DNA from: Octopus bimaculoides
Lineage: Eukaryota
Assembly: GCF_001194135.2 (NCBI RefSeq)
Contig: NC_069000.1
Coordinates: forward strand, 14,848,298-14,906,180
Direction of reading: 5' to 3'
Length of the DNA: 57,883 bases
Shown here one piece after another: positions 10,056-21,679 of this stretch. Under the pieces are notes generated by a model. That model saw nothing but the letters and a program-made list of their open reading frames with translations. It searched no databases and was not told where the DNA came from. Every line of letters begins with the position of its first letter. The stretch's first letter is position 1. The translations under genes were made by a program, and so were the position numbers.

Positions 10056-10549
10056 AAATTTTTTTTCTCACAAGAGTTCCGAACCCCAGCAATGAACTCA
10101 TTTGTATACAGCCAATCAGAGCTCACGTTGACCTTGTTGTAAGTCGACCGATCGCCAAATTATGCCTGATTTTAGGAGACAAGTAATTAGATAGATTTGC
10201 ATCTATACCTATGATCGGATATTGTTAGGGGCCCCATTTAGTAAAGATGTGAATGGGAAAATGTGAGTAGAGGGTGATGTGCTAGCAACCGTCTCCCTTT
10301 ACTGTTTTAGAAAGTAAACAACAACACAAATAACTACGCAGAGGCAACCATGGTTGAGACAAGAACAAGATCAACAAGCATTATTAAAAGAGAAAAGAAG
10401 CATGGTCATTCCTTACCCAAGTGATCTTATCTTATCGCCCATCACTTGTTATGCGCTCATAAATTATTTTGATAGTTGAGCTCTGATTGGCTGTATGCAA
10501 ATGAATTCATAACTGGGGTCTGGAACTCTCATGGGAGAAAAAAAAATTT
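10056..10549. repeat. About 70-bp inverted repeat pair carrying CCAAT and octamer motifs
   Basis: 10056-10125 versus the reverse complement of 10477-10549, roughly 85% identical by eye. Both arms contain AGCCAATCAGAGCTCA next to ATTTG(C/T)AT. Confidence 0.8.
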
Positions 10550-10596
10550 GCGGCCGAGAGCTGTTGGAGTTAGCCATTTGTTATTTTACCAAAAGC

Positions 10597-10909
10597 TGTT
10601 ACACCGAATAGCAGTAGCTAGTGTGTGGAAATGTTATGTTTTTGTGCTTGGTGAGATGGGAGAATGTGTCTTCGTCATTGGTGAACGGGGAGAATTGTTA
10701 TATGTGTTCGTGATTGGTAGGAGATATTTTTACATGAGGTCAGAACAGCATGGCTGCTGGCAGACCAAGAAAGTCTCTACGAGCCCTCTCGAATCTCTCT
10801 GTCTTGTATTTCCAGCGCATATCAATTGTGGTTTGAAGGCACGTAAATAAAGTCGTTCTTACCTCGACTTGCAATCGGGTACCGCCGGCAGATTGTTCAA
10901 TTCGTAACA
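10597..10909 (+). mobile_element. Possible solo LTR
   Basis: Starts TGTTAC and ends GTAACA, with AATAAA at 10846. The flanks (AAAGC / CATGT) do not form a TSD. Confidence 0.3.
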
Positions 10910-10927
10910 CATGTTGTCACGACCTCT

Positions 10928-11009
10928 CTGTCGCCATGTCTAACTTCTATCGCCACGTCTAACTTCTGTCGCCACGTCTAACTTCTGTCGCCACGTCTAA
11001 CTTCTGTCG
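10928..11009. repeat. 19-bp minisatellite, 4.3 copies
   Basis: Unit CTGTCGCCACGTCTAACTT at 10928, 10947, 10966 and 10985, plus a partial copy; two single-base variants. Confidence 0.95.
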
Positions 11010-11149
11010 TAGATATCATAAAAAAGGGAAACTTTTCTTCTCACTCGCCAACGTGACGTCATTTCTTCCCCTTCCAGTCTCCCTTCCACCACACGCACCT
11101 CTGATCCAAAGATCACTGCTCCCCTGTTCTGTCTCGTAATCGTCCATCC

Positions 11150-11250
11150 AGCTCCTATCAAACCGTCCAACCCATACCAGCATGGAAAACGGACGTTAAA
11201 TGATGATGATGATGATGATGATGATGATAATGATGATGATGATGATAATG
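11150..11250 (+). mobile_element. RTE-type retroposon 3' end with (GAT)n tail
   Basis: AAACCGTCCAACCCATACCAGCATGGAAAACGGACGTTAAATGATGATG... Confidence 0.75.
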
Positions 11251-12878
11251 ATCTGAAGCGAAACTGCATGGAATTTTCCATTTATCTTAACATCACACAA
11301 ATGTACCAGAACAACGTTTGGCTGAAATATGGGTCAACATCCTCTGCTGATAAGGACCATCGCTGCCAAATATAGGAACTGATATGCTGTGGCCTTTTCT
11401 CGTTCCTGAAACGACAGGGTTTCGAATGCTGACTACTGCTACACCAGTAACTCTGATAGCCTTCTGACCTATCTCAATTATCTGAAACATTGGCAAATTG
11501 TTTAGCGCATTTAGTCGATTACAAAATTTTGGATTTCTTATGTTCTAATATTATAATTTCATCTACTCAGCTACAGACTGCTTCAGGCTAATTATTTTCG
11601 AAACTTAGTCTGACCTTGAAAATTAAAAAAAATTACTCCTGCAATTTTTTTTTTTTTTCTTGGTTTAGCTGTAGCTTTTAATATTTATACCCAACGAAGC
11701 TATCATACAAATGCTTCCTCTGTTTACGGAATACATAATCGTCTTTTTAGATAAATAGTGAAGCCACATTCTTCATTGAAGAATTCAAATGGTTAAAGTT
11801 TGTGATCCATTCTGCGATGGAAGCATGATAGCTCCAATCTCATTTCTTTTTATTTAATAATGACATTACTGATACTTATTTTGGTCCAAATACGTTGGTT
11901 TCTAACAACCATGGAAACATGTTTATCTATGCCAACAACACTATACTTATTACTACACGTTCTTTACTATATTGATGCTATCGTACAATAAAAGAAAACA
12001 TGACTTACATCCTACTGTAGATAGGACATGTAAGTGGGACATGTACTTTAGCAGGAAAAAACAAAACAAAAATAAAGGGTAAAAATGCTGGTTTATTCTT
12101 TTGTGAACCACATGGAATGCTATCAACCACAACACACACACACACACACACACACATTGTGTGACTTATTATTTTTACAAGCATACATAAATATCGGGGA
12201 TTTTGGCGTACTGCTGCTGTCAAATTTAACCGCCAAATTCATCATGTATACAAAATGATTTCACCTCACCTATTTCTACTTCGTAGACCTATTGTATTAC
12301 CTGTCTGATGAAGCTATGTTTCCACAAATATATAAAAGCAACAACATTCTTCCCCTAATTTGACTCTGTCTTACCTACTTGGGTTGCACAAAATTTATTT
12401 CAGGAAGATTTTTTTCGAGAAACTTCATAGGCAAACTATAAAGGTTGTCCTAAAATATCTACCACATCTACTGATCGTAACACACAACACTTACCTAATC
12501 TTTGTGATGGAAGGAATTTTGGCTTAATTTACTGTACATTATATTAGCTATTTACTGAACATTATATTACCTATTTTTTCACCTAGGATGTATCAATCTT
12601 ATCTCTTTTTACTCCATCCAAAATTTAAGCTACTTGACACCAAACTCTGCTCTTCCTATTCCATGGACGATCATAAAGGTAGTTGTCGTTACTTTTTTTT
12701 TTTTTTTACCACTTAACTACTCAATTCCATGCCTGCTCTACGGAATACAAACACACGCCTGGTGAAACTTTCAAGAATAATTTATGATACACATCGAACG
12801 CAACAATATTTATAGTGAAATTCTAGCATCTCAATCTTCTTCTTCTTGTGTGTGTGTGTGTGTCTATCTATCTATTAT

Positions 12879-13074
12879 TCTTTTACTTGTTTCAGTCATT
12901 TGACCGTGGCCATGCTAAAGCACCACCTTTAGTCGAACAAATCGACCCCACTACTTATTCTTTGTAAGCCTAGTACTTATCCTATTGCTGTCTTTTGCCG
13001 AACCGCTAAGTTATGCGGATTTAAACACACCAACATCAGTTGTCAAGTGATGGTGGGAGGACAAACAGACACAC

Positions 13075-13123
<49 letters not shown>

Positions 13124-13270
13124 NNNNNNNNNNNNNNNNNNNNNNNNNNNNGGGCTTCTTTCAGTTTCTGTCGACCAGATCCACTCACAAGGCTTTGGTC
13201 AGCCCGAGGTGTCACGCGGTTGAACTGAACCCGGAACCATATGGTTGGGAAGCAAGCTTCTTACCACACT
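12879..13270 (-). mobile_element. SINE family A, near full length, with an internal (TA)n spanning a gap
   Basis: Reverse-complement tail at 12879-13075, (TA)n plus N gap, and reverse-complement tRNA-like head at 13152-13270. Confidence 0.85.
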
Positions 13271-13275
13271 CTCAA

Positions 13276-13621
13276 AGACAGAAAATGGAATTAATGAGAT
13301 CTTTTAATTTCAAAAACGCTACAATTATTGCGGCGCATTCTTGCATCTGTAATACACAGGTGAGATGTTGTGCAATCAGTTATCTTATAGTACAGGTGTA
13401 GAACGCATCTCCTCAGTTGACTGTTTCAACTAGTTCCTCGCTACATCCATAGCGAGAAACGTGTTTATATTATAGCGAGGAACTTGTTTAATTGTTTAAT
13501 CTACCTGTACTGTAGATAATTGACTGCACAACATCTCACCTGTGTTTTACAGGTGCAAGAATGCATTGAAACAATTGCGGTAATTTTGAATAAAGAATTT
13601 CGTTAATTGCATTTTCTGTCT
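13276..13621. mobile_element. Foldback non-autonomous element, Kolobok-like
   Basis: Imperfect inverted arms of about 150 bp (e.g. AAAGACAGAAAATG, GCATTCTTGCA.CTGTAA.ACACAGGTGAGATGTTGTGCA, AGTTCCTCGCTA). AG...CT termini flanked by TCAA (13272-13275) and TTAA (13622-13625). Confidence 0.7.
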
Positions 13622-15600
13622 TTAATCTATTTATATAAAATCTAAGGAAACTATGGAATTTCTGAAGTATACCCAGTAACACGTGCATCTCAACTGTATG
13701 ATGACATCTGGTAGCCAATAACTGTGGACGAACTTTGCACAGCATTCTACAAGTTTTTTTTGTTGTTTTTTTTAAATCCGAATCTCACTTGTCCAAATAC
13801 TTAAAAATATATAGCTGGATGCTATATTGGTATGTTGAATGATTTTCTAAACCCGTATGTTCGCAAATGGTTGATTTCTGTAGTTATTGTCAGTGTTTTA
13901 TTTCGGCGATTTAAATAAGAGTTTTGGCTGTTATTTCCCGCAGGTAGACATACTCAGTATGCCCTTTGATTATGTATATGTATATATATANNNNNNNNNN
14001 NNNNNNNNNNNNNNNNNNNNNNNNNNNNNNNNNNNNNNNNNNNNNNNNNNNNNNNNNNNNNNNNNNNNNNNNNNNNNNNNNNNNNNNNNNNNNNNNNNNN
14101 NNNNNNNNNNNNNNNNNNNNNNNNNNNNNNNNNNNNNNNNNNNNNNNNNNNNNNNNNNNNNNNNNNNNNNNNNNNNNNNNNNNNNNNNNNNNNNNNNNNN
14201 NNNNNNNNNNNNNNNNNNNNNNNNNNNNNNNNNNNNNNNNNNNNNNNNNNNNNNNNNNNNNNNNNNNNNNNNNNNNNNNNNNNNNNNNNNNNNNNNNNNN
14301 NNNNNNNNNNNNNNNNNNNNNNNNNNNNNNNNNNNNNNNNNNNNNNNNNNNNNNNNNNNNNNNNNNNNNNNNNNNNNNNNNNNNNNNNNNNNNNNNNNNN
14401 NNNNNNNNNNNNNNNNNNNNNNNNNNNNNNNNNNNNNNNNNNNNNNNNNNNNNNNNNNNNNNNNNNNNNNNNNNNNNNNNNNNNNNNNNNNATATATATA
14501 TATATATATATATATAATACAAATAATATATGAGTATATGCATATATACGTACATATATGTACATACCTACATCTACATGTATATATAGATGCATATCTG
14601 GGTACAGGACGCTGCAAAAAAAAAACGTGGACAAAATGATAAACGGAGTACAGAAAATACACAGGCCACATAGAGAACATCTCCTTCATCAGCTGCCACC
14701 ATTCTAAAACTAAGCGTTTCGAAGAGTTATAGATTCTTTTGCTCTCCGTCTGCTAACATGTTTAGTATATTTGAAAACCCAATCGTTTGCTTACTTTATG
14801 TTGATTACCTGAACGAAGCTGTGAGTGCTACACTAGTGTGTATGTATTCATTCTTTTTTTTTCTTTTTTTTCTTTCTATTGAATAAACGTTTGACAAACA
14901 CACAAAATAAAAACCTTTATTACTTATTTATGTTCGTAACATAATTACTTTTACAACTCATTTGACCAATTTCTATCTAAATAAAGTAATTATTTATTTT
15001 AAATCTCTTTTGTGCAAATTTTATTGTTAGAGTGACAGCTTATAAAAAAATCTTCGTTGTATTTTTCACTCTCGTTCTGTATTTTATTTCTCATCCTTCG
15101 TTGTATTTTTCATTTCTCCTTTTTTTATTTCCAATATTTTTTGTCTTTTTGTTTCTCTACTCTTCCACTTCCATCTTTATCTATATCCTTTATCTATTTG
15201 GCGATCTTTCGAACGTTGCACATTTAAAATGGCTGGCAAATCGCAACACACTACAGCAAATTAAAAATGAAACGTAAACAGTAAATCGTTAAAAATCGGC
15301 AATAAAGGCAAAAGTTAATTACCAGGTGTTCATCACACAATGTTCTCACGCCATTCATCAAATACGTCGCATTACTATCCTGTTTAATTATTGTATTTCA
15401 GTTTCCAAATTTAAAAAAAAAAGAAGAAAGAAATGAAATCAAATGCATTTTACACAAAATAAGATTTTACAATAATTGTCGATGATTTATCTATCTCTTA
15501 GTTGTTTTGATCAGTGAACTGCGGTCATACTAGGGCACCACCTTGAAGGGTTGAATCAAACAAATCAACCCTAGTTCTTATTTCTTTTAAAAACTTAGTA

Positions 15601-15858
15601 GTTAGGCTGTTGCACTCACGATCGCTAGATCGTGGGTTCGATTCCCAGACCGGGTGGTACGTTATGTTCTTGAACTCCATTTCACACTTCCCATTTCATG
15701 TTGTTCCAGTCCCTCTTTCGATCAATGGAGAATGTTGGCCTGCTTGCCTAGCCAGCGGGGTAGCGTCATTCGAAGGCGAAAAAACGACGCAAAGCGCATT
15801 GTGACCGGCGATGTGTAACAGCATTTGATAGTCTGGTCGGTCACGTGATCACGTGACT
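15601..15858 (+). mobile_element. SINE family C (tRNA-like head)
   Basis: B-box GGTTCGATTCC followed by TGTTCTTGA...TTTCA..TTGTTCCAGTC; related copies at 32465-32760 and 46925-47160. Confidence 0.75.
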
Positions 15859-16139
15859 TATTCTATACTTTCCTTTTGTCTAACTGCACAGCTACGAAGA
15901 CGTAAACAAACCAACACCGGTTGTCAAGCTGTGGTGTGGAACTACACGCGCGCGCGCGCACACACATATCCACTTCCTAGCTATTGCTGGAAATCGTTTA
16001 TAGCTGAATGGACTGAAACAACATAAAATGAAATATTTTGCTCAAGAACACTATGCACCTCCCTTTCTGAGAATTGAAACCATAGTCTTATGATTGCAAG
16101 TGCAACAATCTTAACCACCAGACCACATGCCTTCACAGC

Positions 16140-17350
16140 ATTTTATTTATTGGTTTCAAATTTTGGCAGAAGGCCAGGGGGTTTTAGGGGAGGGGCTAAG
16201 TCGATTAAATCCCCAGTGTTCAACTGGTACTTATTATTTTATCAACTCCAAAAGGATGAAAGCCAAAGACAACCCCCAGTCGAATTTGAACTTAGAACAC
16301 AAAGACTGATGAAATGCCACCAAGCATTTCTCCCAGCATGCAAATGGTTCTGCCAGCTCGCTGCCTGATGGTATCTTATTTATTGACCTCAAAAAGATGA
16401 ATGACAAAATCGACAATGTGGAACTCAGAAGCATCGAAAACCAGAAGAAATTCTACAAGAAATTCTATCCAATGCTTTAACGACTTAGTTAACTTGCCTT
16501 CTCGTCATTGATTAATTTAAACACTGGCAAGGCAGCCTCTCCATCCTGTAATGGAATGCATTATGGCTGTTATTTTACTGTTTTTTTTCTTTTTGCTTGA
16601 TACTACTACGAATAATATTTTCTTCTTCTTCGTTATAGAGTTTCATTTGTATGTATCTTTACATTTAGGCTAATAAAGATTTCTTCTACTTCTTAATATA
16701 CAGTCTGAGTTCTTTCTTTTCTCATTTTTTTCTTCACTTTCTTTTCTATTTCCTTCTTTCTTCCACTCTGTCTTTTCTTTTATTTAAGAGATTGCCTTCT
16801 TGTGTCAATATTTGTACATACCAAGGTGGTGAGCTGGTAGAAACGTTAGCACACCGGGCGAAATGCTTAGCGGTATTTCGTCTGTCTTTACGTTCTGAGT
16901 TCAAATTCCGCCAAGGTCGCCTTTGCTTTTCATCCTTTCGGGGTCGATAAATTAAATACCAGTTGCTTACTGGGGTCAATCTAATCGACTGCCCCCCCCC
17001 CGCCCCAAAATTTCGGGCCTTGTGCCTAGAGTAGAAAAGAAAATTTGTACATACTCTCTAAGGTAGCGAGCTGGCAGAATCATTAGCATGCTAGGTAAAA
17101 TTCTTAGCAGCATTTCACCTGTCTTAAAGTTCTGAGTTCAAATTCTGCTGAGTCGACTTTACCTTTCATCCTTTCAAGGTAGATAAGATAGGTACCAGTT
17201 GGTAGATAAGATAGGTACCAGTTGGAGACCGATAGAATAAGCACTAGGCTTAAGAAATAAGTCTTGGGGTCGGTTTTATTTGACTAAAAACCCTTCCAGG
17301 CAGTGCTCCAGCAAGGCCATAGTCAAAATGACTGAAACAAGTAAAAGGAG
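16140..17350. mobile_element. SINE cluster: family B minus copies 16140-16420, plus copies 16826-17040 and 17060-17223, and a family A tail 17225-17350
   Basis: Direct similarity to the other family A and B copies. Confidence 0.85.
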
Positions 17351-17645
17351 ACATGATAATATCCTTTCCTTGATAATAAAGAGGCTAAGTAATTCTGTTG
17401 GAGTGCTTTAGTATTAGAGAAATGGAAATAAGGAAATTACTTAAAGACAGACAAATCACCATTGATGATGTACATCTTGGATTTCTTAAAGAAATAGCAG
17501 AGAATATTGCAAAGCCATGAACAATTCTTTATCAATAATTTCTATAATTAGAACAATTACCCAATAAGAGCGTTGTGGTTGACTTGAAGAATTGTAATAT
17601 TGAAGAAGGTAAAAAGAGAGAAAACAGGAAAGCTTCTGACAATGC

Positions 17646-17843
17646 GGGTAGTTTTATAAAACCTTTATATTTCAGGTGCAAAGGCCCATTTTCAGGAAAA
17701 AAAAAACAAAAAAAAACATAATCTAGGAAATGTCCAGTTATGCAGATTTTGTTAATGGAACCTGCATAACCGGACATATCCCAGATTGTTTTTCTTCTGA
17801 AGATGGGCCTTTGTGCCTGAAATATAAAGGTTTCTAATTACCC
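17646..17843. mobile_element. Foldback MITE-like element
   Basis: AAACCTTTATATTTCAGG..CAAAGGCCCAT.TTCAG (17658 onward) is inverted at 17790-17833. A second inner stem ATCT.GGA.ATGTCC.GTTATGCAG surrounds a loop of about 10 nt; GGGTA/TACCC outer ends; no TSD found. Confidence 0.7.
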
Positions 17844-18109
17844 AAGGTTGAGAAAAACAAGGGTTTATGTTTATACTCAAGGAAAAAAAAAAAAAACCAG
17901 AGCAAAGCAGAAAATTACAAACCTGTAACTTGAATGGTGATGTTATGTAAAATCTGGAAAAGAGTGGAAGGAAACTAATAAAGGGATTTTATGAATAAAT
18001 ATATTTTTTGTACCAAGAAACAGTGCATTTTTTTTTTTTGCGTGTGTGTGAAGAAGACTTGTAGTTATCCTTCTCGATGACTTGCTCAGAACAAAGCCTG
18101 ATACAGCAC

Positions 18110-18320
18110 GCTCGTAGAACTGGTAGCACACTGGATGAAATGCTTAGTGGTATTTTGCACATCACTACATTCTGAGTTCAAATTCTGCTGAGATTGACTT
18201 TGCCTTTTAATCTTTCAGGGTCGATAAATTAAGCACCAGTGAAACACTGGGGGTCGATGTAATCGACTAGTTCCCTCCCCTCAAATTTCAGGCCTTGTGC
18301 CTTTAGTAGAAATAATAATT

Positions 18321-18354
<34 letters not shown>

Positions 18355-18379
18355 CCACCACCACCACCATCACCATCAC

Positions 18380-18415
<36 letters not shown>

Positions 18416-18710
18416 TATTATTATTATTATTATTATTATTAAAAGAAGGTGGTGAGCTGGCAGAATCATTAGCATGCTAGGTAAAATGTTTAGCAGCACT
18501 TCGTCCATCCCTACATTCAGAGTTCAAATTCCACTGAGGTCAACTTTACCTTTCATCTTTTTTTTTTGCGGGGGTGGGGGTCAATGAAATAAGTACCAGT
18601 TGCACACTGGTGTCAAAGTAATCGGCTGATCCTCTTCTCCAAAATTTCAGGCCTTGTGCCTGTAGTAGAAAGAATTCTTCTTCTTCTTCTTCTTCTTATT
18701 ATTATTATGA

Positions 18711-18741
<31 letters not shown>

Positions 18742-18966
18742 TAATAATAATAGTTTCGAATTTTGCTACAAGGGCAGCTGTTTTGGGGGGAGGGGATGTG
18801 TTGATTACATGAACCCTCAGTGTTCAACTGGTACTTTATTTATCAACCCTGAAAGGATGAAAAGCAAAGTCAACCTCGGCGGAATTCGAACTCAGAACGT
18901 AGTGACAGGTGAAATACCGCTAAGCATTTTGTCCAGCATGCCAACAACTCTGCCGGCTCGCCGCCT
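18110..18966. mobile_element. Three family B SINEs (18110-18316 +, 18448-18676 +, 18753-18966 -) separated by trinucleotide tails
   Basis: Similarity to the family B consensus; (CAT)n(CAC)n(TAT)n at 18317-18440 and (CTT)n(AAT)n at 18677-18752. Confidence 0.85.
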
Positions 18967-19246
18967 TAATAATGATGATAATAATAATAATAGTAATAAA
19001 AGCAAAAGCTTCAATCAATATCTTACTGCAATCCAATTAAAAGCCACTTTGGTACCTTCATTTATATCCCACTGCATATTCATTGAGCTTCTACACAGTT
19101 GTTATTGTAAATGAATGTTGAGACATTGTCACTAAGGAAACAGCAGTTGCCGATAATAGTAGTGGCGATAGTAAAGCGATATGTAGGTGAATAAAGTACC
19201 TGGAAGTTGATTATTGACTTATAATAATCAGTCTGAAACTTTGACG

Positions 19247-19284
<38 letters not shown>

Positions 19285-19593
19285 ATGCATCTTATATCTT
19301 TTATTTGTTTCAGGTTTTGGAATGTGGCCATGCTGGGGCATTGCCTTGCAGGGTGTAGTCAAACAAATCAATCCTAGTTCATATTTTCAAGCCTGGTACT
19401 TATTCTATCGGTTTCTTTTTTTTGTTGAACTGTTAAGCTATGGGGACATAAACGAACCAACACCTGTTGTCAAGTGGTGATGGAAGACAAACACAAATAC
19501 AAACACAAACACACATGCACATAAGAGGCATCAGATGTGGTGTGCAAGAAAGAAGATTGCACTAGTATGGTCATGTGATGTGGATGGATGAGG

Positions 19594-19982
19594 TTGTTGT
19601 TGTTGGCACTCCGTCGCTTACGACGTCAAGGGTTCCAGTTGATCCGATCAACGGAACAGCCTGCTCGTGAAGTTAACGTGCAAGTGGCTGAGCACTCCAC
19701 AGACACGTGTACCCTTAACGTAGTTCTCGGGGATATTCAGCGTGACACAGTGTGACAAGGCTGACCCTTTGAATTACAGGCACAACAGAAACAGGAAGAA
19801 AGAGTGAGAGAAAGTTGTGGTGGAAGAGTACAGCAGGGTTCGCCACCACCCCCTGCCGGAGCCTTGTGGAGCTTTAGGTGTTTTCGCTCAATAAACGCTC
19901 ACAATGCCCGGTCTGGGAATCGAAACCGTGATCCTATGACCGCGAGTCCGCTGCCCTAACCACTGGGCCATTGCTCCTCCAC
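19594..19982 (-). mobile_element. Full-length young tRNA-derived SINE with (CAA)n tail and 13-bp TSD
   Basis: Minus-strand A box TGGCCCAGTGG and B box GGTTTCGATTCCC; tail GCCAACAACAAC; TSD TGGATGGATGAGG at 19581-19593 and 19983-19995; 3' fragment of the same family at 55401-55483. Confidence 0.92.
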
Positions 19983-21365
19983 TGGATGGATGAGGAAACC
20001 TGTATAAAGAAGTGCCATTTGCTAAATGGCCTAGAAAGACATGGAATAAAGTGGTGCAGACTGCACTCAATATGTTGAGCCTCACAGAAGAGATTATGGG
20101 GGCCTGAGATGAATGGCAATAGGTATAATCACATAGGTATAATCAATAGGTATAATCACATAGAACTGACAGTGAAATAATACAACATCGTAGACATCAA
20201 ATGCTGATAAGATACTGTAATTATATGAATACCAAATCCAATTAATAATGAATGATCTGACATTCACTGGTGGATTCTTGGTGTGGCATAAATATAAAAT
20301 AATAATACATGAATGATATTTAAATTTGTGACAGCTCTTCCGGTAGAACTTTATTCAATGTAGTCATAAAAGATTACATCATTTGCATTCAATCATCTTC
20401 AGGCATAATTTAAATGATCAACCTGGATATAGCTACTTCTTGTAATATAAATATGCATATGTACAGCTCATATAAATGAATTACTGCCATAGATGTCTGT
20501 ACACAGAGTGTTGGCTAAAATCTGTAGATATATTCTGTAGTACAGATTAGCATTTAAACAAAACAATTAGCATTGTTGTTGTTAACCTTTAGCATGCTGG
20601 AGGAGCATCATGTCACCATTTGAGTTTTCTCCCTTCTCAATATTACAATGTGCCAATAGCTACAGGTGAGAAAACTCTATAGTGCCATAATGTGTCTAAG
20701 CATACCAAAGATTAATATGAGACTAGTCACGATGAACCAAATCTATAACCAGAGGCATTCCAATTCAATCATGCCCATTCCATCTATTTTCCCCCAGAAA
20801 TAAACACATCACGGAATACATTATCCATTGTTTCCTTGTGTCCCCTTTTAGGATGTTAAGGTATGATTCAAGGGAGATTTGGCTGCTAGTTTCAGTAAGT
20901 TGTATGAGTAAGTTAGGAACTTCCTCATTGACTCAAAATTAATTTATTAATTTTTTTTCAAGTAAATATGAAATCTAGATTGAAAGTGTTGTCACAGAAT
21001 AATAAGATTTGTGTGGGTTGGTCTGGCTGAAAATACATTTGGCTACAAGGAAAATAAATATTATGAAACCAATATTAAATGTTGAATCGTTGAGATGTTA
21101 GACATCTAAATTAGGAATAGTTGAACAGTATACATATGATACTGTAAAGGAAAACAGATACTACCAAGAAATGAAATAGCCGTAACTGATATTAGATCTG
21201 ATTGAACAGATCTATGAACAAAGATGTTTGTAAGAATCATGTTTTAGTTATGCATACTCAGGATCACATCACTGGTTCTGATTACACTGTGCTCCTGGCA
21301 AAAAGACACCTAGCTATCAATGGTCCTTTTTAAACTGGTAGCAAAAACAAAACAATCAACAATTC

Positions 21366-21679
21366 AAACAGTGGGAGCACTTTCAAGTGAAGGATGTTAT
21401 TAATTTAGAGTGTTGAATCCATCCATGAGAAAAACCTATCAAAGATAAGTTCAAAAATTTATAGCATAAATGCCAGAGAAGGGTGTTGTCCCTTCTCTGG
21501 ACTTCATGACTTCATAGCATCAAACCAAACTGTAGGAGTGCTTTCAAGTGAGGTATGTTATTAGTTTGGAGTGTTAAATCCATCCATGAAAAAAGTCTAT
21601 TACAAATAAGTTCTAAAATCTATAGCTTGAAAGTCAGAGAAGGGTTCTTGTCCCTTTTTTGGTTTTCATAGCATCAAAC
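21366..21679. repeat. Diverged tandem duplication (about 160 + 153 bp)
   Basis: AAAC.GT.GGAG..CTTTCAAGTGA...ATCCATCCATGA.AAAA...CAGAGAAGGG...TTCATAGCATCAAAC occurs twice, at 21366-21525 and 21527-21679. Confidence 0.85.

Noticed and set aside
11293-11496. Minus-strand region with two overlapping open frames of about 60 codons and a TTTCAG acceptor
   Set aside because: Only a weak GTACAT donor and no recognisable domain; chance openness is plausible.
19900-19982. tRNA gene (also at 15601, 34479 and 46930)
   Set aside because: A/B boxes are present, but I could not fold a full cloverleaf and each continues into a SINE body with a tail.
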